DNA of 64,000 bases from an uncultured Acidobacteriota bacterium. GTDB taxonomy: Bacteria > Acidobacteriota > UBA6911. Shown in pieces: positions 18,653 to 29,490 of this stretch (its first letter is position 1; each line of letters starts with the position of its first letter). The DNA lies in the NCBI GenBank assembly GCA_963827655.1, contig CAWHCF010000008.1, positions 128,001-192,000 of the forward strand. Direction: 5' to 3'. The notes beneath the pieces were generated by a model. It had not been told where the DNA came from. It worked only from the letters and a program-made list of their open reading frames with translations, and did no database searches. Made by a program: the position numbers and the translations under genes.

Positions 18653-18740
18653 CCAACCAAAACCAGTTTCTTCCTCACGCTGAAATCCGCGCAAACCGGT
18701 TTTTTCAATCCGCAATCCGCAATCCGCAATCTGCCAATCG
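18594..18740. repeat. Heptamer (GGATTGC/AATCCGC) inverted-array element
   Basis: (GGATTGC)4 at 18594-18621 and (AATCCGC)3+ at 18707-18734, about 80 bp apart. Confidence 0.88.
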
Positions 18741-18741
18741 A

Positions 18742-18919
18742 TTAAGCTGTCCTCCTCAATGGTAGCTTCGTCGACGAGCATGACGGGAATGTCATCGCGA
18801 ATGGGATATACGCGATGGCACTTTACGCACTTGAGCCCGGTTTCATTCGAAGTCAGACGCACCTCTTCTTTGCACACAGGGCACGCCAGAATCTCCAAGA
18901 GGTCTTTACTTATAGTCAT
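18742..18919 (-). CDS. Trm112/YcaR family protein (stop apparently lost by a 1-nt insertion)
   Basis: LLEILACPVCK..C..C.RVYPIRDDIPVML; removing one base at 18744-18745 restores TAA. Confidence 0.88.
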
Positions 18920-18943
18920 TCAGCCTCCGCAACCAAACTGATG

Positions 18944-19542
18944 TCATGAGCGGCTCCCCAGCGCGAACTTGTTTTCGGTGCCGGTTAGAAGCCGGTGGAT
19001 GTTTTGGTGGTGTTTGGCCACAATCAGGGCCGCTCCGATGATGGCTGCCGCCAGAACCTCATTCGGCTCGCCACGCAAGTAAACGGCCAATGGGAATGAC
19101 GCCGCGGACGCAATCGACGCCAGTGAGACGTATCGAGTGAGCGCGGCGACCGCGATGAAAACCACGACAGTCAGCGCCTACCGCCTGAGGAGAGAGGGCC
19201 AGATAGGCCCCGCAGGCGGTGGCCACGCCCTTTCCCCCTTTGAATGAGAGGAAAACCGTAAACATGTGGCCCAGAATGGCGGCCACCGCCGCCATCGCTT
19301 GCCAGCCGGTATCACGCGTCAGCCAGGCTGCGGCGAGGACCGCGACATAACCCTTGGCCGCGTCCAATATGAGGGTCGCGATTCCGGCCCGCTCGGCTCT
19401 TGCGATAGACATTGGTTGCGCCGATATTACCGCTTCCGACCGAGCGGATATCGGTGCCGTGCGCGTGTTTCACCATGATATATCCGAACGGAATTGAGCC
19501 GAGGAGATACGCGATGATTAAGGCGCCAGAGCCAATGATCAT
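18944..19542 (-). CDS. plsY: Glycerol-3-phosphate acyltransferase (two apparent 1-nt insertions)
   Basis: [30 protein letters not shown] and KHHQNIHRL lie in three frames; shifts near 19389 and 19177. Confidence 0.92.
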
Positions 19543-20111
19543 AAGGAGGGTCTTGGTGATGCAAGATCCAGCCCGGCCAGCATCTTATAAATGGATCCGT
19601 GCGGAGTCAGGGTGCTCTGATACACACATACTTCGCGGGCTTCGAAGCTGCTCTCGTGATCGGCGCCGATCTTAATACAATCCAAGAGACGGTGTAAATT
19701 CCTTTTCCCCCGCACTCGTCCCAGAGTGAGGTGGGGTTGAAAGGGGCGCTGTTCGGCAGAGAACCCGGCTTGCGCACATGCCTGGTCGACTTCTTTATGC
19801 ACCAGCTTCAATCTTTCGACATCCCCTTCGATCCCGCACCAGATCACACGAGGGTTGCGCAGATCGGGAAATCCGCCGACTCCGTGCAACCGTAGAGAGA
19901 AGCACGATTGTGTCCCGAGGGCGCCGCGGAGCCGCTCGACGAGAAGCGGAATGGTACCCGGGTCTACTTCTCCCAGGAACTTCAGAGTCAGGTGGATATT
20001 CTGAATCAATGTCCAGCGCACATCGGCGCCCGAAGCCCGAAGAGGTTGCTGTAGCTGGTCGAGCAGTTTCTTGCAATGGTCCGGGATAGGTATGGCGATG
20101 AACGTCCTCAT
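19539..20111 (-). CDS. thpR: RNA 2',3'-cyclic phosphodiesterase
   Basis: MRTFIAI and two HxT motifs ([15 protein letters not shown]). Confidence 0.93.
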   Translation of the reverse strand: MRTFIAIPIPDHCKKLLDQLQQPLRASGADVRWTLIQNIHLTLKFLGEVDPGTIPLLVERLRGALGTQSCFSLRLHGVGGFPDLRNPRVIWCGIEGDVERLKLVHKEVDQACAQAGFSAEQRPFQPHLTLGRVRGKRNLHRLLDCIKIGADHESSFEAREVCVYQSTLTPHGSIYKMLAGLDLASPRPSL

Positions 20112-21362
20112 GGCTTCTGGCTTGCGGCGGGCGGAAGCAAGAACCCGCGCAGGCAGGTGAGAGAAAAGAAAGCAGCGCGTTCGCGGATTGCGTCGCGATC
20201 TCCCGGTATGATCCGTCGAAAGTGGACGGTACGTTCACTTCCCGAGAGCCCGACATAGACCAGCCCGACCGGTTTCTCGGCCGAGCCGCCGTCAGGTCCG
20301 GCAATGCCCGTCACGGAGAGGCCGACTCCTGCCTTGAACTTCTGCCGCACACCTCTGGCCAAAGCCTCCGCCACGGGCGCGCTTACTGCCCCGTGCGTAC
20401 GGATGAGGTCTTCCGGAACATCGCATAGACTGACTTTCGCGGCATTGCTGTAGCAGGTCAGGCCGCCCAGGAAGTATTCCGAACTTCCGGGTATCCGGGT
20501 GATCGAGCGTGCCAATCATCCCGCCGGTACACGATTCGGCGATTGCCAGGGACGTCGATGAGTCCCGGAGGAGCCGGCCGACGACCAGCTCGAGAGGTTC
20601 GTCGTGGGCGGTGAATACTGCGTCCCCCAGAGCCTCGGCGATTTTTCGGCTGAGTTCCTCCAAATCGCCGGCTTCCTCGCCCGGATTCAGCCATCGATAG
20701 AAACGCAATGCGATGTGCCCGGGAGCGGTCAGAATGGTAGTCTGAACTCTGGAATAAGTTGAATAAATCGGGGCAGCCAGCGAGTCGACCTCAGATTCAG
20801 TAAATCCGGAAACATTGAATGCCCTGTGAACCAGCCGCCGCCCCCCGCCGAGCTGCTGCGCCCTGGGCATGACGAGTTTCTCAAACATCGGTTTGATCTC
20901 GCGCGGAGGTCCTGGAAGGAGCACGAGGTGGACACCTCGCTCCTCAATCCACATTCCCGGCGCGGTTCCCCAGCGATTGGGCAAGACCTCGGCTCCTTCG
21001 ATTACTTCCGCCTGCCTCTCGTTGATCTTGGCCATGCGATAACCGCGACTGGCGAACCTCTGTCGCAGCTCTTCCAGAATCCCGTGGTCGAGGGCCAGCG
21101 TTCGGCCAAGGACCTTTGCCACGGCTGTTCGCGTGAGGTCGTCTTCCGTGGGACCCAGGCCACCGCTCAGAACGATCAGATCGGATCGCTTCAATGCCGA
21201 GTGGAGCACCGCGACGATGTCTCCCTCGTTGTCTCCCACGATGGTCTTGAGGTGGACGTCGAAGCCGGCCTCGTTGAGTCCCTGGGTGAGGAACAGGGAA
21301 TTAGTGTCGAGATGGTGAGGAGTCAACAGTTCGGAGCCAAGCGCAATGATCTCGGCCTTCAT
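20108..21362 (-). CDS. cinA: Competence/damage-inducible protein CinA (frameshift near 20512)
   Basis: GSELL..DTN, GGLGPTEDD, AESCTGG, then GAVS and TGIAGPDGG in the next frame. Confidence 0.93.
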
Positions 21363-21427
21363 TGGATGTGCCAATCCTGTGCGATGGAAGCTCAGGTTCG
21401 GGTTTCTTTGCGGCAGGTTCTAACAAA

Positions 21428-21467
21428 TACCACGAAGACTCAAAGACACGAAGAAACGCCAAGAAAC
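21428..21467 (+). repeat. 9-bp-periodic repeat
   Basis: TACCACGAAGACTCAAAGACACGAAGAAACGCCAAGAAAC. Confidence 0.75.
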
Positions 21468-21480
21468 TTCCCGAGGCAGG

Positions 21481-21949
21481 TTACCCGTGGAGCAGCCAAT
21501 TTACAAGGTGGACGACGGCGCCTGCGTACACTCCCGCCAGCAGATCGTCAGCCATAACGCCCACGCCATTGGGGAGCCGTTCGAGCCTCCGGATGGGATA
21601 GGGTTTCCAGATATCAAAAGCGCGAAACAGTGCCGTCGCGAGCACGAGATTGGTCATACTGACCGGCACCAGGAACAAGGCGACCAGTTGGCCCGCAATT
21701 TCGTCAATGACCACGAACTGCGGGATCCTCGATTTTCTGCTTGCGCGCAACCTCGGCGGAAGCAAGAGTGCCGGCGGTCGCTATGAGGCCGATCGCGCTC
21801 AGGTGCAACTCCGGGACGATTCGGTTTGAAACTTGATGAACCAGGAAGAAGGCGAGCGTAGTCGCCAGCGAAGCATAAGTGCCTGGGGCGCCCGGGATGA
21901 GGCCCAGGTAGCATCCACTGGCAAGGAACAGCGAGAGCCGTTCCTTCAC
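21481..21949 (-). CDS. pgpA: Phosphatidylglycerophosphatase A (frameshift near 21722)
   Basis: APGTYAS, DP/VVIDEIAG, FRAFDIWKP, GVMADDLLAG. Confidence 0.92.
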
Positions 21950-22052
21950 GTTATTATTCGAGGTCTTCCGTGGTCGTACGTTGCGGCACGTGGCTTTCTC
22001 GCCGCAACGATCCGACGGCGTCAGGAGTCGTCGGTTCTGGCTAGGCGCGGCA

Positions 22053-22247
22053 CTAAGAACCCGTGGCGTCTTTAGAGGTGTCCGGCAGACCGTCTTCCTC
22101 TTCCTCCTGCGTTCGGGTGGGAACGCGATAGGCTTCGGAAGCCCACTTTCCCAGGTCAATCAGCTTGCAGCGCTCGCTGCAAAAGGGGCGAAAGGGATTG
22201 TCTTCGAACGACGTCTCTCTGTGACATTGGGGACATTGGACAATCAT
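22053..22247 (-). CDS. yacG: DNA gyrase inhibitor
   Basis: CPQC..RPFCSERCKLIDLGKWA. Confidence 0.95.
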   Translation of the reverse strand: MIVQCPQCHRETSFEDNPFRPFCSERCKLIDLGKWASEAYRVPTRTQEEEEDGLPDTSKDATGS

Positions 22248-22255
22248 GGGTCGAT

Positions 22256-22330
22256 CCCAGCGTCTTCGCGTTCTCTTTGTGGTTCGCCGGTGACGGCCGA
22301 TCCGCCACGAAGTCACGAAGAAGCGAAAGC
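22256..22330. repeat. 9-bp-periodic repeat, inverted pair
   Basis: CGTCTTCGCGTTCTCTTTGTGGTT ... CCGCCACGAAGTCACGAAGAAGCGAAAG; overlaps the rimO stop. Confidence 0.65.
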
Positions 22331-23674
22331 TCTTGAGATGATGGTGGCGAGCAGGTCGTGCCCCAGGGCTCGATTAATTCGAACCGTGTAGAACTCGCCC
22401 GCCTGCACCTGAGCGATCTCGGAATCGTTGACCAGGCACAGGCCATCGATTTCCGGAGCCTGGGACTCCAATCTCCCTTCCAGCAGCAATTCGCTCTCGC
22501 GTGATGGGCCTTCAACGAGAAGAGGGTATTCCTGGCCGACCAGACTGCGGTTTTTCCTGGCCGCGATTTCCGACTGCAGCTCCATTAGTTCGCGTCGTCG
22601 CCCCTCGGCCGTTCGAGCCGGAACCTTGCCGGTCAGATCGTATGCGGTTGTGTTTTCCTCATGCGAGTAGGTAAACACCCCCAGGCGGTCGAATTCCATT
22701 TCACGACAGAAGTCATGGAGTTCCTGAAAATCCGCTTCGGTTTCTCCCGGGAAGCCCACGATCATCGTGGTGCGAAAGGTCACGCCCGGTATGCGCTTTC
22801 GGATTCTGCCGACCAGTTTCGCAAGCGTCCGCCGATCGCCGCCGCGCCGCATTGCTTTCAGGATAGGCGCGCTCGCATGCTGCAGGGGCATGTCGATGTA
22901 GTTACATATACTGGGGGACGAGTGAATCACATCCAGAAGACTTTCGCTGATCAGGTTCGGGTACAGATACAGGAAACGAATCCAACGAATGCCCTCTACT
23001 TCGGTCAGGGCTTCCAACAGCCGGGCGAGACCATCGCGCAGTCCCAGATCCAGCCCGTAGCTCGTGGTGTCCTGTGAGACGAGGGTTATTTCCTTGACGC
23101 CTTGCGCGGCCAGGTCTCGCGTCTCCTGAACCACGGACTGAATCGTCCGACTTCGGAACGCGCCCCGGATTTTCGGAATGATGCAGAAGGCGCAGGTGTG
23201 GTCGCAACCTTCGGCGATCTTGATATAGGCTGAATACCGGGGGGTGGTCAATGCGCGCGGGGTTGCGTGATCGTAGAGGTAAAGATCGGCATCGCTGCGG
23301 GCGAAGGACGTGGGCGGCAGGACAGGCTGTCCCTCTACGGCGCTGCAGATCTGGTTGAGCTGGTTTGTCCCGATAAGGGCATCCACCTCGACCAGGTCAC
23401 TCGCTATCTCGCGCGGATATCGCTCCGCCAGACATCCCGCCACGACCAGGCGCTTGCACTGGCCCGTCTCCTTGAGTTCGGCCATCTCCAGGATGGTCTC
23501 AATCGACTCCTTTTTCGAAGCTTCGATGAAACTGCAGGTGTTGACGACGATAACGTCCGCTTCGGATTTATCCGGCGTCAGGGTGTGCCCCGCTTTCTGG
23601 AGCAGTCCGAGCATTACTTCGCTGTCCACCAGGTTCTTCGGGCATCCCAGGCTGACAAACCCAATCTTGGCCAC
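22313..23674 (-). CDS. rimO: Ribosomal protein S12 methylthiotransferase
   Basis: SLGCPKNLVDSE, NTCSFI, EGCDHTCAFC, TRAM domain APEIDG. Confidence 0.96.
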   Translation of the reverse strand: MAKIGFVSLGCPKNLVDSEVMLGLLQKAGHTLTPDKSEADVIVVNTCSFIEASKKESIETILEMAELKETGQCKRLVVAGCLAERYPREIASDLVEVDALIGTNQLNQICSAVEGQPVLPPTSFARSDADLYLYDHATPRALTTPRYSAYIKIAEGCDHTCAFCIIPKIRGAFRSRTIQSVVQETRDLAAQGVKEITLVSQDTTSYGLDLGLRDGLARLLEALTEVEGIRWIRFLYLYPNLISESLLDVIHSSPSICNYIDMPLQHASAPILKAMRRGGDRRTLAKLVGRIRKRIPGVTFRTTMIVGFPGETEADFQELHDFCREMEFDRLGVFTYSHEENTTAYDLTGKVPARTAEGRRRELMELQSEIAARKNRSLVGQEYPLLVEGPSRESELLLEGRLESQAPEIDGLCLVNDSEIAQVQAGEFYTVRINRALGHDLLATIISRAFASS

Positions 23675-23805
23675 TGCCGGCTCCTGAAAACCATCAATAG
23701 TAGTGGTTCAGTCGCTACTAATCAAGATCGCACTAACCGCGAAGCACCAGGAAACCGAGCAAAGCGGCATTCAACGCTGGACTGTGGCTGCTGCGGCAGG
23801 TGTGC

Positions 23806-25980
23806 TTAGCGGTTGGTTTTCTGTCGGTAAAGGCGCCGCTGATCCCTCAATTTCTGGAGGAGATCCTCGGCATAAGACAGATCCTTGGTCTTTTCCGGCG
23901 CGCCAAACCGGATCTGATTATAAACCTCGGTCAGAGCAGTGAACGGAGCGGATGCGGGATGTGACCGGAGCCCCTGCGCCAGCTCCAGCGGCGTCTGGCT
24001 GGGACTGCGAGTTATCCCCTCCGAACGAAGCAGATCCAACGCCTCGACATATAGGCTCGTGATCGCAGAGGCTGCGTGCGCGCGTAAGACCGTCTTGCGG
24101 AGCCATCGGCGGATGCAATTCCGGCACTGAGCGCCATAGCGAATCGACAGTAACAGGAGAATTGCTCCCAGCAACACGAGCGCAGCCAGGCCGGTTCCGT
24201 TGGAAGAAAGCCACATCCGAATGTGCCATGGGCTGATCCGGGAGCGCCCGAGGTTACGAAGAGCATGCGCGTACTCCCAGACGGTCTGGCGAGCGTCCCG
24301 CAGCATCTGACCCTGGCTCCTGGAGGTGTAGTTGACGATCTCTTCCATCCACCAGAGATCCGCCGCATCGAGGAGATTGGAAACAACTCTCAGGAAAGGC
24401 TTCTGGCGGCGTTCTGGGTCCGGGGGTGTCGGATCGAACTCGATCCAGCCGTAAGGAGGGAAGTAGGCTTCGACCCAACTGTGCGCATCATATTGCCGCA
24501 CGATCCATGCGTCTCCGAACCTGTTGTACTCTCCGGTCCGAAAACCGTTGACCAATCGGGCCGGAACATCCAGCTGACGGAGCATAATGGTCATGGCAGA
24601 CGCAAAATACTCGCAGTGCCCCTTCCGGACATCAAAGAGGAACATCGCAAGCGGGTCCGCGCTGTGCGGGGTTCCCTTCAGTTCAAGACTGTACCCGTAG
24701 TTAGTCTTCAGAAAGCGCTCGAGTGCTCGGGCCTTGCCGAACGAAGAAGGGATCGACTTTGTTGTGTTGTGCGCCAGCTCGGCGATTCGTGGATCGAGAG
24801 CGGGAAGCTGAAGAAAGGTCTCTCGCATCGCGTCGGAGATTGGCGGCAGCGCTGCTGGAATCAGAGATGGATCCGGAAGAGTAATATCCGAGAAGGCGGT
24901 ATAGCGGATTTTGTGGGATCGATGGGGAGCGGTAAAAAAATTGTCGAAGAGATCCCGTCGCAGCGAAACGAGTTCGTTCGAAAATGCCAGAACCCTGCGG
25001 CAAGCGAAGACGACATCGGTTGAGAGAGCCTCCAGAAAATAAGTCTGCGTGAGAAGCTGCGTGCTCTGAGCGGATTGTTCAAGCTTGAAGAACTCTCCTT
25101 GGGGCGTCAGCGTTCTGCGGGCCGAAGCGCTCCGTCTCCAGGATTGGCCACTATAGTAGTCCAGCGCGATGCCGCGCCACTTGAGGTCGGAGGGCAAATT
25201 TGACCGGGATTCGTGGAGCCTGACACGCATGACAACCGAATCGGATTCTTTGATCGTGCCAATCTCGCCCAGAGTCACTTCTTCCGTGAAGCCGCTTACC
25301 ATCTGGGTGTTTCGGGCAGGCCTGGCGTAGAGTCCTATCGCCATCCTCGGCATCAAGAAGAAAATAGGAACTGCCAGCAGGAGGATCGTTGCGGTCATTG
25401 CCAGACCAATGAGGGACACGGAAGCAGCCGGAAAGGGGGAAAAGAGCTCCAGACCGGTTCCCCGCGCCTCTCTACGAACAACCAGCGGAAACACTCCGCC
25501 TTGACTCTGGGCTCGAGCGTTGCTGCGTCTCATCTCGAACAGCACCAGTGTGGTAGTACCCGCCAGGAAGAACATCAGCAGCGACAACGCGAACGTGAGG
25601 TCGATCGTCAGAGTGGACGCCGCCAACAGCTGGGCGAAACTGACCAGATAAAGATAAACGTAATCACGGTCAGTGGACCGCGTCATGAGTTTCAGCGCGG
25701 CAGCATAAAAAATCAGCCGTATCGTGCTCACGGCGAAGGATTCCGAAAGAGCCAGGTAGTCGATCAGGTAAATCGGCAAGTAGGCCAGAGCCAGGGAATT
25801 CATTAAGCTCGAGGACATACGATGGCGCAGTTTTCCGGTATCGATCAACCAGCTCACCGGGAGCGCGATGCTGAAGATGACGAGCGAGAAAGCATCGACC
25901 GCGCCGGTTGCCGCGATTGCAATGAATCCCGAGGTAATCAGGCAATACGACGACAGTTTGAAATAGCGGTCGAAGCTCAT
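23806..25980 (-). CDS. Transglutaminase TgpA-like membrane protein (DUF3488 + DUF4129)
   Basis: N-terminal TM helices; GHCEYFASA, AHSWVE, FDPTP catalytic triad. Confidence 0.92.
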   Translation of the reverse strand: MSFDRYFKLSSYCLITSGFIAIAATGAVDAFSLVIFSIALPVSWLIDTGKLRHRMSSSLMNSLALAYLPIYLIDYLALSESFAVSTIRLIFYAAALKLMTRSTDRDYVYLYLVSFAQLLAASTLTIDLTFALSLLMFFLAGTTTLVLFEMRRSNARAQSQGGVFPLVVRREARGTGLELFSPFPAASVSLIGLAMTATILLLAVPIFFLMPRMAIGLYARPARNTQMVSGFTEEVTLGEIGTIKESDSVVMRVRLHESRSNLPSDLKWRGIALDYYSGQSWRRSASARRTLTPQGEFFKLEQSAQSTQLLTQTYFLEALSTDVVFACRRVLAFSNELVSLRRDLFDNFFTAPHRSHKIRYTAFSDITLPDPSLIPAALPPISDAMRETFLQLPALDPRIAELAHNTTKSIPSSFGKARALERFLKTNYGYSLELKGTPHSADPLAMFLFDVRKGHCEYFASAMTIMLRQLDVPARLVNGFRTGEYNRFGDAWIVRQYDAHSWVEAYFPPYGWIEFDPTPPDPERRQKPFLRVVSNLLDAADLWWMEEIVNYTSRSQGQMLRDARQTVWEYAHALRNLGRSRISPWHIRMWLSSNGTGLAALVLLGAILLLLSIRYGAQCRNCIRRWLRKTVLRAHAASAITSLYVEALDLLRSEGITRSPSQTPLELAQGLRSHPASAPFTALTEVYNQIRFGAPEKTKDLSYAEDLLQKLRDQRRLYRQKTNR

Positions 25981-27401
25981 AGTTCGTCGAAATAGACCAC
26001 GTGAGACGAGCGCCAGATTTCCGAAGAAAAGCTGCCGCGGGGCCGGGAGGTAATGATTATTTTGAAAATTTTCTCCGATAGAATCTGCTGAAGCGGCTGC
26101 GCCTCGACGACTCCTGAAAACTGAGCCTGCAGGTCGAGTGGCATTTTGCCATCCGACAGCCGGCAACTGACCACGGCAAGTGAACGGAGAATCCGGTAGA
26201 GGTGCGCTGTGCCCAGGTCGCGCGGGACGTATTCGTTGGGTGTCAGGAACTCCAGCTCGGCCCCTTCCTCGACAAAATGGGCCGCCAGACTGGCTGCCAG
26301 TGAAACCGCTTTTTCAAATTGGTCGAGGTAATTCGGTCCGGCCGGCGGAGCGATGAAGGTATCGAGGATCAGGCAAAACCTGGTCTCGTCTTCCCGGGCA
26401 TACTGGCGTGCCATTAGGTCGCCGGTTTTTGCGGTTGCCTTCCAGTCGACCAGTCGCACGCTTTCGCCCGGCTGGTATTTGCGAATGGCGTACAGGCTTT
26501 CACCCTGGCCGACATGCAGGCCCTCTAACTGGCCCGGTAAGAAGGGGAGAAGATGGAAATAGGAGGGAATTTCGCGAATCGAGGGATAAACCAGGAGCTC
26601 GCCCTGCGCTCTCACCCGTTCCCCGCGGCGAAAGAATCCGAAGGGAAAGCGCGTGGAAATTTGAAATCCTTCAAGCCGGTAGAGCCCTCGTTTCGGAAAG
26701 GTCTGGGCAACCAGCTCAGAACGAGCCTCACGGGCGGGAACCAGCGGGAAGTAGGCCGGCTGTCTCAGGACCGAGCGGTCCGGCACGGAGCGGTCGGCGC
26801 GGTTATGGTTCTTCCTGAACGACAGCCTCTTGATACCATCGAAGAGGGAAGGGAATCTCTCGTGGTTGCTATCCTGGACGGCGATCGAAAAAGCGGGAAA
26901 GAACCTCTTTGGATTTCGTAAAGAGACTTTCACGCAAACGCGCTCCCCCTCGAAAACGTTCTCTGGAATCTGCATCGAGACCGAGACGGAGCGAAGGGAG
27001 AGACGAGCCACGAGTCCGGATGTGATGATCGCCCCCAAGAGGGCCGACACGATCAAGAACAGCAGGTTATTTCCCGTGTTAATCGCGACCACGGACAGGA
27101 GAAAAATTCCGAGGATATACACGCCGCCCTCGCGAGTGATGCTGAAAGAGAGCGGCATCAACCGCCGGCTGACATGGAGCCTGCGAGCGAGCCGTGGGAC
27201 CAGGGTTAGTGCGATGATGACCGAAATACAGACGGCCGAGATGGTAAAGAAAACCGCCAGCGTGGCTTCGCCTTTGCGTGACGCGCTCTTGGACAGCAGG
27301 ACGAGCAACGACGCCAGGCTGAACAGAGCCAGCGCGGCGAGAAATTCCCGGGCGGCCTCTCTTTTCCAGAGTGAAAACAGGAAGTCAGAGTGGTACTTCA
27401 A
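25977..27401 (-). CDS. DUF58 family protein
   Basis: AINTGNNLL, RFPFGFF, IRKYQPGE..VDWKATA; start uncertain. Confidence 0.88.
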   Translation of the reverse strand: MKYHSDFLFSLWKREAAREFLAALALFSLASLLVLLSKSASRKGEATLAVFFTISAVCISVIIALTLVPRLARRLHVSRRLMPLSFSITREGGVYILGIFLLSVVAINTGNNLLFLIVSALLGAIITSGLVARLSLRSVSVSMQIPENVFEGERVCVKVSLRNPKRFFPAFSIAVQDSNHERFPSLFDGIKRLSFRKNHNRADRSVPDRSVLRQPAYFPLVPAREARSELVAQTFPKRGLYRLEGFQISTRFPFGFFRRGERVRAQGELLVYPSIREIPSYFHLLPFLPGQLEGLHVGQGESLYAIRKYQPGESVRLVDWKATAKTGDLMARQYAREDETRFCLILDTFIAPPAGPNYLDQFEKAVSLAASLAAHFVEEGAELEFLTPNEYVPRDLGTAHLYRILRSLAVVSCRLSDGKMPLDLQAQFSGVVEAQPLQQILSEKIFKIIITSRPRGSFSSEIWRSSHVVYFDEL

Positions 27402-28338
27402 CGCCGCGGAGGATTTCTGAAAGGATGGTTTCGGCCTCTTCACTTCGATGGTGCGGAGACGAGTATTTCGAGCTGACAACCACCCGGTGAGCCAGTACCG
27501 GCAGCACCAGGCGCTTGATGTCATCAGGAATACAGTAACTTCGCCCCTCGTAATAGGCCAACGCCTGGGCGGCGCGATGCAACGCCAGCGACCCCCGCGG
27601 ACTTACGCCAATCACGAGAAATTCCGTTTTTCGCGTGGCCTCAACGATGGCCATGATGTAATCGAGTAGTGACTCGTCAACTCGTATCCCGCTCACCGCG
27701 CCCTGGGCTTCCAGGATGTCCTGCGACCCGAGCACCGGTTCCATATGGTCGATGCTCGGCCGATCCGTCCGGCGGCGCAAGATCTCTTTTTCTGCCTCGG
27801 CCTCAGGGTACCCCATTCGGATGCGCAACAAGAAACGGTCGAGCTGTGATTCCGGAAGCGGATAGGTTCCATGGTGCTCAATAGGATTCTGCGTCGCTAC
27901 TACCATAAATGGACGTGGCAGCAGGTAGGTCTGATTATCAACACTCACCTTGCCTTCGTTCATCGCTTCGAGCAGTGCGCTCTGGGTCTTGGGCGTGGTG
28001 CGGTTGATTTCATCTGCCAGCACCAGATTGGCAAAAATGGGACCGCGGCGGAATTCAAAGGCCTGCTCCGTCTGATTGAATATCGAAACGCCGAGTATGT
28101 CGGAAGGAAGAAGATCGCTCGTGAACTGAATTCTTCGGAACGAGCAGTCGAACGTGCGTGCCAGCGCATGCGCCAGAGTCGTCTTGCCCACTCCGGGAAC
28201 GTCTTGAATCAGGAGATGGCCCTCGGCCAGGAGGGAAATGATGGCGAGCTTTATGGCGTCGGGTTTTCCCCGAACCACAGTTTCGATAGCCTGCTCAAGT
28301 CTCTTTATCTTAAGTTCGAGCTCAACGGCTCTCGGCAT
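27385..28338 (-). CDS. MoxR family AAA+ ATPase
   Basis: DVPGVGKT, RIQFTSDLLPSD, DEINR, ATQNP, LPESQLDRF. Confidence 0.95.
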   Translation of the reverse strand: MPRAVELELKIKRLEQAIETVVRGKPDAIKLAIISLLAEGHLLIQDVPGVGKTTLAHALARTFDCSFRRIQFTSDLLPSDILGVSIFNQTEQAFEFRRGPIFANLVLADEINRTTPKTQSALLEAMNEGKVSVDNQTYLLPRPFMVVATQNPIEHHGTYPLPESQLDRFLLRIRMGYPEAEAEKEILRRRTDRPSIDHMEPVLGSQDILEAQGAVSGIRVDESLLDYIMAIVEATRKTEFLVIGVSPRGSLALHRAAQALAYYEGRSYCIPDDIKRLVLPVLAHRVVVSSKYSSPHHRSEEAETILSEILRGVEVPL

Positions 28339-28374
28339 CAACGTTGGTGACTCTCCCGCAAGGCGCAAAAATTC

Positions 28375-28434
28375 TACCACCCCCAAGACGCTAAGACACG
28401 AAGAAACGCGGAGGTGTTCGTGACTTTGTGGTTC
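28375..28434. repeat. 9-bp-periodic repeat, inverted pair
   Basis: TACCACCCCCAAGACGCTAAGACACGAAGAAACGCGGAG .. TTCGTGACTTTGTGGTT, directly after the ruvB stop. Confidence 0.75.
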
Positions 28435-29471
28435 TAGAACAGATGCCGCTGATTTCCCTGGCGCGTAACCTTGAAGTGATCGAAGGCGAGGCTCGTGGCC
28501 ACTCTCCCCCTTGGGGTTCGGTCGAGAAATCCGATCTGTATGAGGTAGGGCTCGTAAATATCCTCGATGGCGTCGACATCTTCATTAATGGCGGCCGAAA
28601 GAACTCCGATCCCGACCGGGCCCCCGTTGTACTTCTCCAGGATGGTCAGCATCAACTTTCGATCCATCTCATCAAAACCGTAGATGTCCACATCCATGAC
28701 CGACAGGGCATCGACGGCGACGGCTCGGGTGATGCGGCCGTCGGCCTTCACTTCGGCGTAGTCGCGAACGCGGCGCAGGAGGCGGTTTGCAATTCTGGGC
28801 GTTCCTCGGCTGCGCGACGCGATCTCGAAGGCGCCCTCGTCGTCTATCGCGACATCCAGAATAGCAGCGGATTGTTTTACGATCACGGTCAGCTCTTCAT
28901 GGCTGTAGAAATTCAAGCGGTGTATGATTCCGAAGCGGCCCCGCAACGGGGCCGTAAGCAGCCCTGCCCGGGTAGTAGCTCCGACCAGCGTGAAGCGCGG
29001 CAGGGGCATCTTGATGCTGCGCGCGCCCGGGCCTTCTCCAATAATAATATCGATGTAAAAGTCCTCCATGGCGGGATAGAGGATCTCCTCGATCGCCGGG
29101 TGGAGGCGATGAATCTCGTCAATGAACAAAACGTCGTTCGCCTTGAGATTGGTGAGAATGGCTGCGAGGTCGCCTCGCTTCTCTATGATGGGCCCGCTCG
29201 TCGCCCGTATATGAACTTTGAGCTCGTTTGCGATGATGGTAGCCAGCGTGGTTTTCCCCAGGCCGGGCGGACCGTACAACAGCACGTGATCGAGAGCTTC
29301 TCCCCGTTTCAGCGCGGCCTGGATACTGATCCAGATGTTTTCCTTGACCTTGGGCTGGCCAATATACTGGTGCAGCGTCTGAGGTCTTAGAGTCAGCTCG
29401 AACGACTGCTCTTCGGTGCGAGAGACCGGACTCAGTAGCGTGTTACGGTCGGCTTCGATGTGGTCCGGCAT
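28434..29471 (-). CDS. ruvB: Holliday junction helicase RuvB
   Basis: [38 protein letters not shown]. Confidence 0.97.
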   Translation of the reverse strand: MPDHIEADRNTLLSPVSRTEEQSFELTLRPQTLHQYIGQPKVKENIWISIQAALKRGEALDHVLLYGPPGLGKTTLATIIANELKVHIRATSGPIIEKRGDLAAILTNLKANDVLFIDEIHRLHPAIEEILYPAMEDFYIDIIIGEGPGARSIKMPLPRFTLVGATTRAGLLTAPLRGRFGIIHRLNFYSHEELTVIVKQSAAILDVAIDDEGAFEIASRSRGTPRIANRLLRRVRDYAEVKADGRITRAVAVDALSVMDVDIYGFDEMDRKLMLTILEKYNGGPVGIGVLSAAINEDVDAIEDIYEPYLIQIGFLDRTPRGRVATSLAFDHFKVTRQGNQRHLF

Positions 29472-29490
29472 ACTTGATTGGTTGAAAACT

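Noticed and set aside
18944-21949. plsY, cinA and pgpA as pseudogenes
   Set aside because: All motifs are intact and only single-base insertions are present, so sequencing error is more likely.
23806-28338. MoxR-DUF58-transglutaminase cluster as a novel system
   Set aside because: A well-known, widespread operon arrangement.
28428-29390. Long antisense ORFs (for example opposite ruvB, tyrS, purF, purL)
   Set aside because: Shadow ORFs expected from high-GC codon bias; no protein motifs.
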